Source of the DNA: a virus
Taxonomy: Duplodnaviria > Caudoviricetes
Strand: one strand, 5' to 3'
IMG/VR virus record: IMGVR_UViG_3300027336_000040
Location: 1-55,831 of that record
DNA: 55,831 nucleotides
The position numbers were made by a program, and so were the translations under genes. The notes below the pieces were generated by a model. That model did no database searches. It had not been told where the DNA came from and saw nothing but the letters and a program-made list of their open reading frames with translations. Below are positions 1 to 10,500 of this stretch, piece after piece (positions within the stretch are counted from its first letter, which is position 1; every line of letters starts with the position of its first letter).

Positions 1-1401
1 TCACCACGTCTTCCGTTTGTGGTCCAGGCTACACCGACGACCATCAACGGCGTAAGCGTGCCTGCTGGCGTCTACATCGACACCGCATTTATTCGTGACG
101 GCACGATCACGACGGCGAAGATCGGCAATGCCGCCATCGACAACGCCAAGATCGCCATCGGCCTCGATGCCACCAAGATCACGACCGGCTTCTTGGACGC
201 GGACCGGATTGAGTCGGAGAGCATCACCGCAGACAAGATCGACGCCAGAAACCTGACCATCAAGGACTCTCTGGGTAACGTCATTCTTTCCTCCGGGACG
301 CCACTCAGCTCTGCTTACATTGCCGCCGGTCAAGGCAAGAACCTCTTGTTCAATGGCTCCTTTAAGGATAGCGCAATAGGCTCCTACCTTGGCGCCAACA
401 CAACAGGTGGCCCGGTCATCCTTGGCCGAAATCTCAGCCCCGACTACACGCTGGCCGGAGAGGGCACGGCCTACATGTTCAGAGCCGGTGCATTGGCGGC
501 GGGAACCCAGTTTCAGGTCGCATTCAATGGCGGAATCTCCAACATTCCCGTGCTGCCGGGTCAGCGCGTTGAGGGCTACGCCCTGCTGAATACTCACCGA
601 TGCACCGGAGAGGTCTTGATCGCTTTCTACAAAGCCGACGGGACTCTTTTGGGATCGAACGCTGGCAACTCCGTCTCCTACCAGAGCACTGTCCAGTCGC
701 TTTCCAACCTAAGGATGTCTCTCGTCTTTGGGGTAGCGCCGCCGCTCGCGGCATCTTGCATCCTGATTATTCGGGCCACAGCAACAGGCGCAAACGACCC
801 GTACTTGTTCTTCTCTCGATGCTTCCTTGGGATTGCGGGCGCAGCGCAAACCGAGGCCTCCCCCTGGAGTGACGGTGGTGGCATCAAGCAGATCACGCCG
901 ATAAATGCGTCGACGTTCATTGCAGAAGCCTCCATTGGCAATGCTCAAATCGACGAACTGAGCGCAAACAAGATCACCTCGGGCTACATAAACGCATCCC
1001 GGATCAACACCGACACAATCACTGCGGGAATGATTGTGTCAAGGTCGGCTACTTCGTTTGAGATGATCATTAGGTACACGCCGAATGGCGTTTGGTCCTA
1101 CGTCGATTTCTACATGGACCACGTCGGAATTGCCTCAGTCATCCTTGCTGCCGCTTGGAATGCCACCGGAAACGCAAACACCTACACGTTCAATATCGGG
1201 CTGACAGATGGCAGTGCGACTTCGCCTCCCTACCAGCAGCCAGCCACCGCGACGCTAAACCAGCTCATACCAAATCCGCCGGTGCTGATGATTTCAAGGT
1301 ATCTGAGTGCAGGCTGGAATCGAGCTTGGGTCTTTGCCCAGATTTCAATCGCGACATCAGATCACTACGCGCAGTTTGCAATCTTCAAGAGCTACAGATG
1401 A
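1..1401 (+). CDS. Tail tip / host-specificity protein, C-terminal part (DUF1983-like segment, then a carbohydrate-binding-like region); 5' partial, continues the gene starting at 53623
   Basis: Frame open from base 1 (SPRLPFVVQATPTTINGVSVPAGVYIDTAFIRDGTITTAKIG), typical of the end of DUF1983 followed by ITADKI beta-helix repeats. Confidence 0.8.
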   Translation, partial: SPRLPFVVQATPTTINGVSVPAGVYIDTAFIRDGTITTAKIGNAAIDNAKIAIGLDATKITTGFLDADRIESESITADKIDARNLTIKDSLGNVILSSGTPLSSAYIAAGQGKNLLFNGSFKDSAIGSYLGANTTGGPVILGRNLSPDYTLAGEGTAYMFRAGALAAGTQFQVAFNGGISNIPVLPGQRVEGYALLNTHRCTGEVLIAFYKADGTLLGSNAGNSVSYQSTVQSLSNLRMSLVFGVAPPLAASCILIIRATATGANDPYLFFSRCFLGIAGAAQTEASPWSDGGGIKQITPINASTFIAEASIGNAQIDELSANKITSGYINASRINTDTITAGMIVSRSATSFEMIIRYTPNGVWSYVDFYMDHVGIASVILAAAWNATGNANTYTFNIGLTDGSATSPPYQQPATATLNQLIPNPPVLMISRYLSAGWNRAWVFAQISIATSDHYAQFAIFKSYR

Positions 1402-1784
1402 GCACGATCTACTACTTTGATGATGACGGCGTCTGCATTCTTTTGGCAGAAACGAGTGATGTCACCACGGCAGAGGACAGGGCGACCCGAATGGGCGCGG
1501 CGTCGTACCTGTGGAGTGACCAGAGCATTCACATCAGCAAGGCAAGAAACATTAACGGAGAGCTGGTGGAGGTTGATCCGGTCGTCAGCGCCGATGTCGC
1601 ATGGGCTCGCGTCCGCGAGAAGCGAAACATAGCTCTACTGTCTTGCGACTGGACCTTACTGCCGGATTCTCCGCTGAGCGAAGAGTCGAGGACAGAGTGG
1701 ATCGCCTACAGACAAGCCCTGCGTGACATCACCTTGCAGACCGACCCTTTCACTCTGGTCTGGCCAGCGCCACCCACCACCTAG
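1398..1784 (+). CDS. Tail fibre assembly chaperone
   Basis: ATG overlaps the upstream stop (ATGA); C-terminal RNxxLxxCDWTxLPDSP...WxxYRQALRDI...WP motif. Confidence 0.85.
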   Translation: MSTIYYFDDDGVCILLAETSDVTTAEDRATRMGAASYLWSDQSIHISKARNINGELVEVDPVVSADVAWARVREKRNIALLSCDWTLLPDSPLSEESRTEWIAYRQALRDITLQTDPFTLVWPAPPTT

Positions 1785-1820
1785 AATTAACGCAACTTAG
1801 GCGGCAAGCCACACATCACC

Positions 1821-2228
1821 TTGAACTCAAAGCTTACCCAGGACCCTGACCGCGTCTTCGAGCTGGTGAGTCGGTACACACCGATCTCCCGAATCGAAGG
1901 CATGAAGGGTATTGGTCTCGAGGTGGGTGAAGAGCTGGTCGCCGGAGTCATCTACGGTGAGTACAACACCGTAAACGTGTGGATGCACGTTGCCATTGCG
2001 CCAGGGCGCCAGGCTTCGATGGAGTTTGTGCAAGAAGTGTTCAAGTACCCGTTCATTGATCTTGGGTGCAAACGCGTCAGCGCCAGCGTCGAGGCCCGAA
2101 ACGCCGCATCTCGTCGGCTTTGCGAGCATCTTGGTTTCCGTGAGGAGGTATGCCTGAAGGAGGCTGCTTCCGATGGCGGGGACATTGTTTTATACGTGAT
2201 GTGGAAAGAGGGATGTCGCTATGTCTAG
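1821..2228 (+). CDS. GNAT-family acetyltransferase-like virion-module protein
   Basis: YPFIDLGCKRVSASVEARNAASRRLCEHLGFREE, RimJ/RimL-like motif; lies directly before the ejection genes. Confidence 0.8.
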   Translation: MNSKLTQDPDRVFELVSRYTPISRIEGMKGIGLEVGEELVAGVIYGEYNTVNVWMHVAIAPGRQASMEFVQEVFKYPFIDLGCKRVSASVEARNAASRRLCEHLGFREEVCLKEAASDGGDIVLYVMWKEGCRYV

Positions 2229-3351
2229 GTGGCACACAACTGAATTCGACCTCCTCCCGGAACAGGCGTTCCAGCCGCGAGGGTGGAAGGGCAACATGAC
2301 CTTGGAGGGCGGCGGCAAGGCGCCCGCGCCCGACCCAGCGATTGGTCAGGCTGCCAGGATGCAGGCTCAATTGGCCAATGAGTCGTTCAACTTCTACAAG
2401 ACGACCTACGAGAACGACCTCAAGCCAATGATGCTGAAGGACCTCGCTTTGCGCGAGGAGCTTCAGACTCGCGGTCTCGGGATCATGGATCGCCAGCAGG
2501 CCATCGCCGACGAGCAGTGGGCCCTGTACAAGGATACGTACAAGCCGGTTGAGGAGAAGGCTGCTCAAGAGGCGATGAGTTACGACTCAGCCGAGAACGT
2601 CAATCGCCGCATGGGGATTGCCTCGGCCAACGTCAACCAGCAGTTCTCGAACGCTCAGCAGCAGAACGCTCGCACACTGGCCAGATATGGGGTTAACCCT
2701 AACTCCTCGGCATTCGCTAGGGAGAACGCTAGGCTCATGTCCGACCAGGCGCTGGCCGCTGCTGGCGCTCAGACAGGAGCAGCCTTCGACACCCAGGACC
2801 GCGCTATTGCTTTGCGTGCTGGCGTTGCTGATCGTGGTCGCGGCGTTACCGGCACGGTTGGCAACTTCCTGAACAGCGGCTCGGCTACCGGCGTGAATAC
2901 CGGTAACACCTCGAGCCAGGGCGTGAGCACGTTCCAGCAGGGCACCAACACGATGGGCCAGGGTTTCACGACTTCAATGCAGGGCTACAACAACCAGGCC
3001 AACATCCTCAACCAAGACTTCCAGAACCGCCTTGCCTCGTACAACGCCAACCAGGCTGGCAGGAACGCCCTTCTGGGCGCAGTCGGCAGCATCGGCGGAA
3101 TGATGCTCGGCGCTGGACCCACCACGCTGGCTGGAAGGATGGGGGGCGCAGTCGCCAACAAATTCGGATTCGCCGATGGCGGCAAGGTCGAAGGGCCTGG
3201 CGGTCCTCGTGACGACAAGGTGCCAGCCATGCTGTCCGACGGCGAGTTCGTTCTGAACGAAGGCGCGGTCAAGCACTTCGGCTTGGCGAGGTTGAGCAAG
3301 ATGAACGAGGTCGGGCTGAAGAATCAGCAGGACCGTGGACTGCGAGGTTAA
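2221..3351 (+). CDS. Internal virion / DNA ejection (pilot-like) protein
   Basis: Q/N/A/G-rich helical body, Gly-rich hydrophobic segment, C-terminal FADGGKVEGPGGPRDDKVPAMLSDGEFV motif; synteny. Confidence 0.65.
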   Translation: MSRWHTTEFDLLPEQAFQPRGWKGNMTLEGGGKAPAPDPAIGQAARMQAQLANESFNFYKTTYENDLKPMMLKDLALREELQTRGLGIMDRQQAIADEQWALYKDTYKPVEEKAAQEAMSYDSAENVNRRMGIASANVNQQFSNAQQQNARTLARYGVNPNSSAFARENARLMSDQALAAAGAQTGAAFDTQDRAIALRAGVADRGRGVTGTVGNFLNSGSATGVNTGNTSSQGVSTFQQGTNTMGQGFTTSMQGYNNQANILNQDFQNRLASYNANQAGRNALLGAVGSIGGMMLGAGPTTLAGRMGGAVANKFGFADGGKVEGPGGPRDDKVPAMLSDGEFVLNEGAVKHFGLARLSKMNEVGLKNQQDRGLRG

Positions 3352-3353
3352 TC

Positions 3354-4499
3354 ATGTCAGTTGCAGCAGGTTTGGGAGCCCTTGGTGAGGGCTTTGTCCG
3401 TGGGATCAAGATCGGCTCCGATCTGACCGATGCTGAAAAGCGTCGCGGTCTGCAAGACATGCAGATGAAGCGCGAGCAGCAGGTTCTTGATCGCGACAAG
3501 CAGATGACGGATCTGAACGCGCAGATCGCCAAGGAGTACACCGAGTACCGCGATGGCTCTGGCGCATACGCTCCAGGCGAAGGGCTGACCTACAACCGCA
3601 TGGACCCGAAGGTCGCCGAGATTCACTACTCCCGTATCGAGCCCCTGCTTCAGCAGCAGGCAGCTCTGTCGGGCAAGAGCCCCGCCATGGTGACCAAGGA
3701 GCTCAACGACCTGCGTCGTGAGGGTTTCGCAGAGAACGTGTTCCGCGCCTCCCAGTTGCTCGAGATGGGCAACCCCGCTGGAGCGGAGATTCTCAAGCCT
3801 CTCTACAACAAGCTCTTTCCTGACGGCGTCACCGTCGGCGAGACCCGCTACGACAAGGCCACGGACACGTTCACCATTCAGACGGTCAGTGATGGCGTTG
3901 CGTCAGAGTCCCAGATGCCTCGCGGCAAGCTGGTCGAGATGCTGCACTACGGCGCTCTGAACCCAGCCGACGCCGTGAAGTACCGCATGCGCGAGAAAGA
4001 GAAGGCGGAGGACCGCGCCTTCGAGGGTGGCCAGCGTGACAAGGATCGCGGCCTCAAGGTCGAGGAAGGCGACAAGGATCGCGGTCTCAGACGCGATCTC
4101 AATGAGTCCGACAACAAGGCAGCAGATCGCCGCGCAGGAATCAGTGCTGACGCCACGGTCAGGGCGGCGCAGATCGGTCGAGAGGGCCGCGTCAACGCTA
4201 GTGCCAACGCACGCGACGACAAGGATTACGACGACTTCCAGACCCAGATCAACGATGCCCTGGGCTGGAACAAGAGCAACCCCCTGGTCACCCCTGATCA
4301 GCTTCAGAAGCGCAACAGGGATGCCGCTGCCATGACCAACATCTGGAACACAACCAGAGACGTCGGCGGCAAGAAGCTGTCTGCGTACGAGGTGGCTCAA
4401 GTTGTTCGCGGTATCGAAGGGAAGACCGCCAAGTTCGCCGAGAAAGACGGTTTCACGATTGTCGATGTCGGCGGCATTCGCGCCGTTCTCCCCAAGTAA
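3354..4499 (+). CDS. Internal virion / ejection protein
   Basis: N-terminal amphipathic AAGLGALGEGFVRG, coiled coil; between pilot-like and giant virion genes. Confidence 0.55.
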   Translation: MSVAAGLGALGEGFVRGIKIGSDLTDAEKRRGLQDMQMKREQQVLDRDKQMTDLNAQIAKEYTEYRDGSGAYAPGEGLTYNRMDPKVAEIHYSRIEPLLQQQAALSGKSPAMVTKELNDLRREGFAENVFRASQLLEMGNPAGAEILKPLYNKLFPDGVTVGETRYDKATDTFTIQTVSDGVASESQMPRGKLVEMLHYGALNPADAVKYRMREKEKAEDRAFEGGQRDKDRGLKVEEGDKDRGLRRDLNESDNKAADRRAGISADATVRAAQIGREGRVNASANARDDKDYDDFQTQINDALGWNKSNPLVTPDQLQKRNRDAAAMTNIWNTTRDVGGKKLSAYEVAQVVRGIEGKTAKFAEKDGFTIVDVGGIRAVLPK

Positions 4500-4523
4500 G
4501 AGGTTTGCTGTATAGGAAGTGCC

Positions 4524-7500
4524 ATGTCGAGTCCCCTGATTAACCTGAGCGACGATTCAATTTTCAACTCCTCGTCCTCGGGACGTGGGGCTCGACGCGG
4601 CATTCAAACTCCGCAAGATCCTGCCACCAAGCCCAGGGTCAATCTTTCTGACGACAGCCTGTTCTACAAGGGCAAGGAAGAGGCAAGCCAAGACACGCTG
4701 TCCGATCGCTACCGTGCCATGTACGGCTACGACAAGCAGGAAGAGCCCGTACAGCCCAAGCGCGGCATCACCAATGTCCTCTCTGATCTGGGCACCGCCG
4801 TCTTTGAAGGCGCTAAGAACACAGGTCGGGCAATTGGCGCGACGAGCAACACCATCACTGGCGACCTTGCTGACGTCGAGGGCTACTCCGCCGCTCAGCG
4901 TGCTGCCGCACCCAACAGCCCACAAGCCAAGCGTGATCTGCTCGATGAGATCGAGCGCCGCAAGCAGGCTGACCCTGACCCGAGCGTCGTCTCGGCCGTC
5001 AGAAACGTCGGCTCCGCCATGCTGGACAACCCAGAGGGCGCAGCCCAGTTCGTCGCTGAGCAGGCCCCCAACACAGTGGTCTCTCTTGGTGCTGGCGTTG
5101 CTGGCGCGAAGGCTGGCGCTTTGGCTGCGCCGTTCTTGGGTCCGCTCGCCCCGGCTGGGCCTGTGGTCGGTTTCCTTGGCGGCATGTTCCTTGGCAACTT
5201 CGCGCTGGAGACCGGCAACAAGGCAATGGAGAAGGCGCGAGACGGCTTCACCGAAGCTGACCGCTCCGAAGCCCTGCAAGAAGGCGCAGTCAAAGGCGGC
5301 GTGATCACCGCAGTTGATGCCGTCACTCTTGGTGCTGGCGGCAAGCTGGCCAAGACGCTGGGCAAGCCCGCCATTGAGGCTGGCGCACGCGCTGAAGCAA
5401 GAGTGCTGGCTGACGCTGGCGTCGACATGGCAAGCCGCGCATCCATCGAGAAGGCCCTGGCCGACCCGGCCATTCGCGTTGCAGCAAAGGCTGCTGGCCA
5501 GAGCGCAGCAAAGGCCGCATCAACAACTGGATCAAAGGCTGCGGCAGCGGGAACAGGCCTGGCCCTGGAAACGGTTGGCGAAGGCGCTGGCGAGTACCTG
5601 GGCGAGCTGGCTGCAACAGGCAAGGCTGACGTCTATGACGCTGTGCTCGAGGCGGCGGCAGGCTTGACTCAGAGCGCGCCAGAGACGGCGTACAACCTGC
5701 GCAATGCCGCAGGCAACGACCTGGATGTCAAAGGCATTCAACGCTCCGGCGTGCAGGCAACTCCGCCCGAGTCTCGCGGCATCACGCCACCTGGCCAGGA
5801 TCAGGGTAAACCCTTAGACCAAGAGGTCGACGAGCGCATCTCTTCTGAGGAGCGCCCACCCATGAGCTGGATGGAGGTCAACGAGACCCTCCAGTCCGAG
5901 CCTGCGTTGATGGCCCTCCTCCTCCAGGACGCCACGACACCCGAGCAGCGCGAGATGGTTGAGCGAGCTATTGCTCGTTCCGAGGTGGGTGACCAGGTGC
6001 AGCAGGCTTTGGCCGACCCGGAGCTGCTGGAGCGCACACGCATCGGCCTCAACAGCGATGTGGGTCAATCGTTCATCGGCGATCTTCAGGCCTCGCTGCC
6101 GATGTACGCCAATGAGATGCCTCCGTCCGGCATGTTCAAGGTTCCCTCGCCTGATCTCCAGCGCCAGCAGCAGCTCGATGAGATGACCGCCAGCCCTGAG
6201 TATCAGGAGCAGCTCGCGGAGGAGGCTGAGCGCGTTCGCGTTGAGCGTGAAGCCAGCCAGATGCAGGTCCGTAAGCCCGTTGCGGCCGACGCTCCCCAGG
6301 ATGCGCAGAGCGCTGAGAGCGGTGTAGACGTGGCCAGCATGACCACGCCTGACGGCACGGTCGTCCCGCTTGACGATGGCAACCGCTCTGGCTACGAGGC
6401 CTACTTTGCCGGTCGAGGCGCAGAGATCAACGGCCTGACCAACCCTGCTGTGCGTCAGTCTGCGATGCAGAACGTCATGCAGGAGATGACCAAGGTAGGG
6501 TTTACCCCAGAAGAGTCCCGCGAAATCCTGAATCGGGAAGAGCCGTCGGCTCCGGTCACTGGCCGCGAGGGCACGTTTGAGAACCTGTCTCAGACCATGT
6601 CCCGCGAGTTCGGCGAACCCATCGAGAACTTCCGGCAGACCAAGGCTCCGAAGTACTTCACTCGCATCGGCAGCCTGTTCGGCGTCAACATCGTCGCCTA
6701 CAACTACACGGGCAAGAACCCCGCCGTCCGCAAGAAGGCTGGCCGCTACATCGCTGGCACCAACGGCAAGGGCACGGTTCTGCTCAACCTCACAACCGCT
6801 GACAGCGCGGCGCTCTTCGTGCTTGGCCATGAGGTCTATCACGACCTCGAGCGGCGCTTCCCGCAGCAGGCGCAGCAGCTCGCCCTGGAGATCAAGTCCT
6901 ACCTGAGCAGCTCGGCGCAGCAACGCTACAAGCAGTTCTACGAGGGCAAGAACCAGGCGCAGAAGACCGACAGCGAGATTGCTGCCGACGTCATGGGCAC
7001 GATGTTCACGGACCGCAAGTTCTGGGAGCAGCTCGGCCAGCGCAACCCTTCCCTGCTCGATCGCGTGCTGAGCGTGCTCAGCACCATCATCGACAGCTTC
7101 CGCGCCAACGCAGACAGCAGCCGCCAGCAGATCGGCAAGGAGATCGCGCAGTTCGAGAAGGTGCGCGACATGATGGCCGAGTTCGCCAGCCAGGGCGTCG
7201 AGCAGACCGCTCAGGCCCGTGGCCGCGCACAGCCTGCCGCAGCTCCAGCCCAGGTCTCCGACATGGACGAGATGCCAGGCAAGGCCGAGGACGACGTCAA
7301 GGCTCTGGATCGTGTGATGAAGCTGCTCAAGGACGGCAACCTGCCTGCCGCAGCTCGCACGTTCAAAGAGGCTGGTCTGTACGCCAAAGGCTTCGGCTCC
7401 TTCACCGAAATCCAGCGCATGGCCACGCAGCCCGCTCAGAGCGCTCCGGTGGCTGAGCCTGCACCCACCAAAGAGCCAGCCGTTAAGACGCTTGATGGCA

Positions 7501-10500
7501 AGCGAGTTGATGAGCGCAGGCGCTTCGGCGACTTCGTGAACCGCGACGGCCAGGTCGTGCGCAACCCGAACGCAGTCCAGGTGGCACGCACTGACGAGAC
7601 CCCGGTCACCGATGACCAGGAGGGCATGTCGTTCGTTTCGGCCCCAAGCCAACCCAAGAAGAAGCCTGCTCCCGCGCCGGTAGAGGCACGCTCCGAGCCT
7701 CGTGAGCAGATGCGTCTGCCGTTCGGCCCCCGCCCCAACACCGACACTCCGGCGATGACCCGTCTGCGTAACCGCCTGGACGGCATCATCAAGAACGCCA
7801 GCAGCATCAAGTTCTTCCAGGACACCATCGTTGGCCTGGAGCAGCAGATCGCTGACATCGAGTCCAGGATCAAGTCCCTGGATCGCATCGAGGTGGACGG
7901 CAAGGTCTTCCGCGCCAGAAACGAGGAAGACGAGATGCCCGGCCTGTGGGGCATCTACGACATGAATGCCTACGATCGGTTCGCCGACGGCTTCATCGCT
8001 GACAAGCCCACCACAAAGCAGGAGCTGCTGGCTGCACGCCGCGCCCTGTCCGAGGAGCTGACCAAGGTGCGCGAGACCTCAATCGCCGCCAAGGCTGCGC
8101 TGTTCCGCCGCTCGATCAGCCGCATGGCTGACCAGATGATGAACGCCACGCGCTCGGCCATCAACGGCGGCATGCCCGAGGCTGACGCACGCAAGGTCTT
8201 CAACGACTACTATCAGGCGCTCTCGTTCCGAGAGACCAAGGCGCAGGACCTGGCTGAGGCCATGCCTGACCTGCCTGCCGCCGACGCTCAGTCCGACATG
8301 TTCGACGGCCTGCGTGTGGCGATGGGCTTCGTGGCTGACTTCCGCAACAAGCAGTCCACCGCCAGCGAGCTCAACGGCTACCTCGAGCAAGGCCTGCGTG
8401 ACGGCGACTTCAGCTACCAGGATGTGGTCGATGCCTTCCGCTCCTTCAAGCTGGACATTCCTCGCGGCGTCATGGACGTCAGCAGTCAGCTCGCCATTCG
8501 CAAGACGCTGGATGCTCACCTCAAGGAAGCTGGTCACTCGACCGCATCCCGTATGGAGTGGCTGGTCAGCATGGACAAAGTGCTGTCCGTCAAACCTGGG
8601 GCAAGGAGCGACTTCACCGCCGAAGAGCTGGCGCTGCATGACAACGTGTTCGCCAAGCGTGGTGAGCTGCGTTCCCGTCGCGCCGTCACAGAGCAGACCG
8701 TCGCCGCCAACGATCCTGATGACGCTTTCCCGAACCTGCTGTTCAACAACTACACGCTGGCCGAGGCGACCAACGACAAGACGCTGAACAAGTGGCTTCA
8801 GGGCAATGCCCGTGAGGCCTGGTTCCAGGACGTGGCGTTCGCCCTGCGCAGCCGCCCTGACCTGGCTGGCCAGGTGCTCAACAGCCTGGGTGATGACCGC
8901 GCACCTTTCGATGCTTGGGTGCAGCAGAAGAAGGACGCCATCGCCAAAGAGGCGACGATCCTAGCCAAGGCCCCGGCCTTCGCCGAGCTGCGCAACATGG
9001 ACTATGCGCAGACGATCCTGACCTCTCAGCCCGTCACGGCAAGCGACATCAATGCTGGCGCAGAAGATACCCGCCCAGATGATCTGGAGCGGCTCTACGC
9101 CACGGTCGCCAACTCCGAGCTCAACGACCTTCCATCCGTGCTTGATGCCGTCGCCAAGGTGCGCTCAATGCTCATGGCCGGAATCGACATGGAGACCGGC
9201 GAGATCTTCCAGAGCCAGTCGGCTGCCGAAGCTGCTGCCGCCGAATACATCGACAGCGTCTACATGAACGCCATGATGGTCGAGCCGCCGCGCTCAAACA
9301 TCGGCGCTCGATTCGAGGGTGACATCGGGTTTGGCATGACTGTCGAGCAGGCTGGCGAGCGCGACATCGGTCTGCCTCAGCAAACCTTCGACACAGACGA
9401 ATCCCTGAGCGACCTGATCTCCGCTGGTCTGGTGTCTGAAACCGACGTCGAGGGCCTGCTCGGTGAGCAGCAAGCCACCGACGAGGAGGCTGACGTCGAG
9501 GCCGAGAACGCTGGCGAGCAGACTGACATCGCCGCAGAGCGCGCTGATCGCAGCCCCCGTCCAGTGAACGTCCCGACCTCACTGGTCGGCACTGACCAGT
9601 ACCGCTTCCGCAAGGGCTTCTTCAACGGCAACTTGGTACCGGCCGTGGTGTCCGAGCACCTGAACAAGATCGCCTCCCGCTGGGCTGGCGCTCCCAACAT
9701 GGTGATCGTGCCCAACGTGCAGAGCCTGCCCGAAGAGCTGCGCGAGAAGGTCATGGCCAAGCTTGGCAGCAACATGTTCGCCAAGGGCCTGTACTACAAC
9801 GGCGACGTCTACGTCTTCACCGACCACGCCGAATCCCTGGCTGATGCCGAGTTCACCCTGTTCCATGAGGTGCAGGGTCACTTCGGTATGCGTGCCTTCC
9901 TCGGCGCTGACTTCGATGCGTACCTGGACCGCCTGTACAAGACCAACCCAGACATCCGTCGTGCTGCCGATCAGCGCATGGCCGAAGACCCGATGGGTCC
10001 GCTCGAGGCCGTGGACGAGGTCCTGTCCGACATGCAGGTCGATGGCGGCAACCAGGGGATGTTCCAAGCCTACGTCGGCAAGGTGATCGCTGGCCTGCGC
10101 AAGATCGGCATGGAGCGCGTGGCCAACTGGATCGCCAGCCAGGGCAACTTCGAGGTGGCCTACCTGCTGCGCGGCGCAAAGGATGCTGTCCGCCGTGGTG
10201 ACCGTCCGTCCATCGGCGCACCTGATGACATGCGTCTGGCAGCAACACGCACCCCATACGAGCTGTTCTCCGCCAAGGACGGCAAGACCGTTGCGTACGC
10301 CCGCTACAACCCAGTGCTCGACCGTTGGTCGATCTTCACCGCCAACGGCCAGGACATTCGCAAAGGGTTCAACACCGCCATCGAAGCTGACTTCGAGAAG
10401 GTGGTCACGACCATGCGCAAGATGGGCCGCGTTGAGCGCCGTCTGCGTTCCGGTGTGTACGTGGACAACAAGATCCCGTCCGACCTGGCCAAGATTCCAG

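Noticed and set aside
1-1401. Diversity-generating retroelement or invertible tail-fibre cassette
   Set aside because: No reverse transcriptase, template/variable repeat pair or invertase found.
9900-9930. GADFDAY as a two-barrel RNA polymerase catalytic motif in the giant protein
   Set aside because: Lacks the third Asp of DxDGD and lies immediately after a zincin HExxxH helix.
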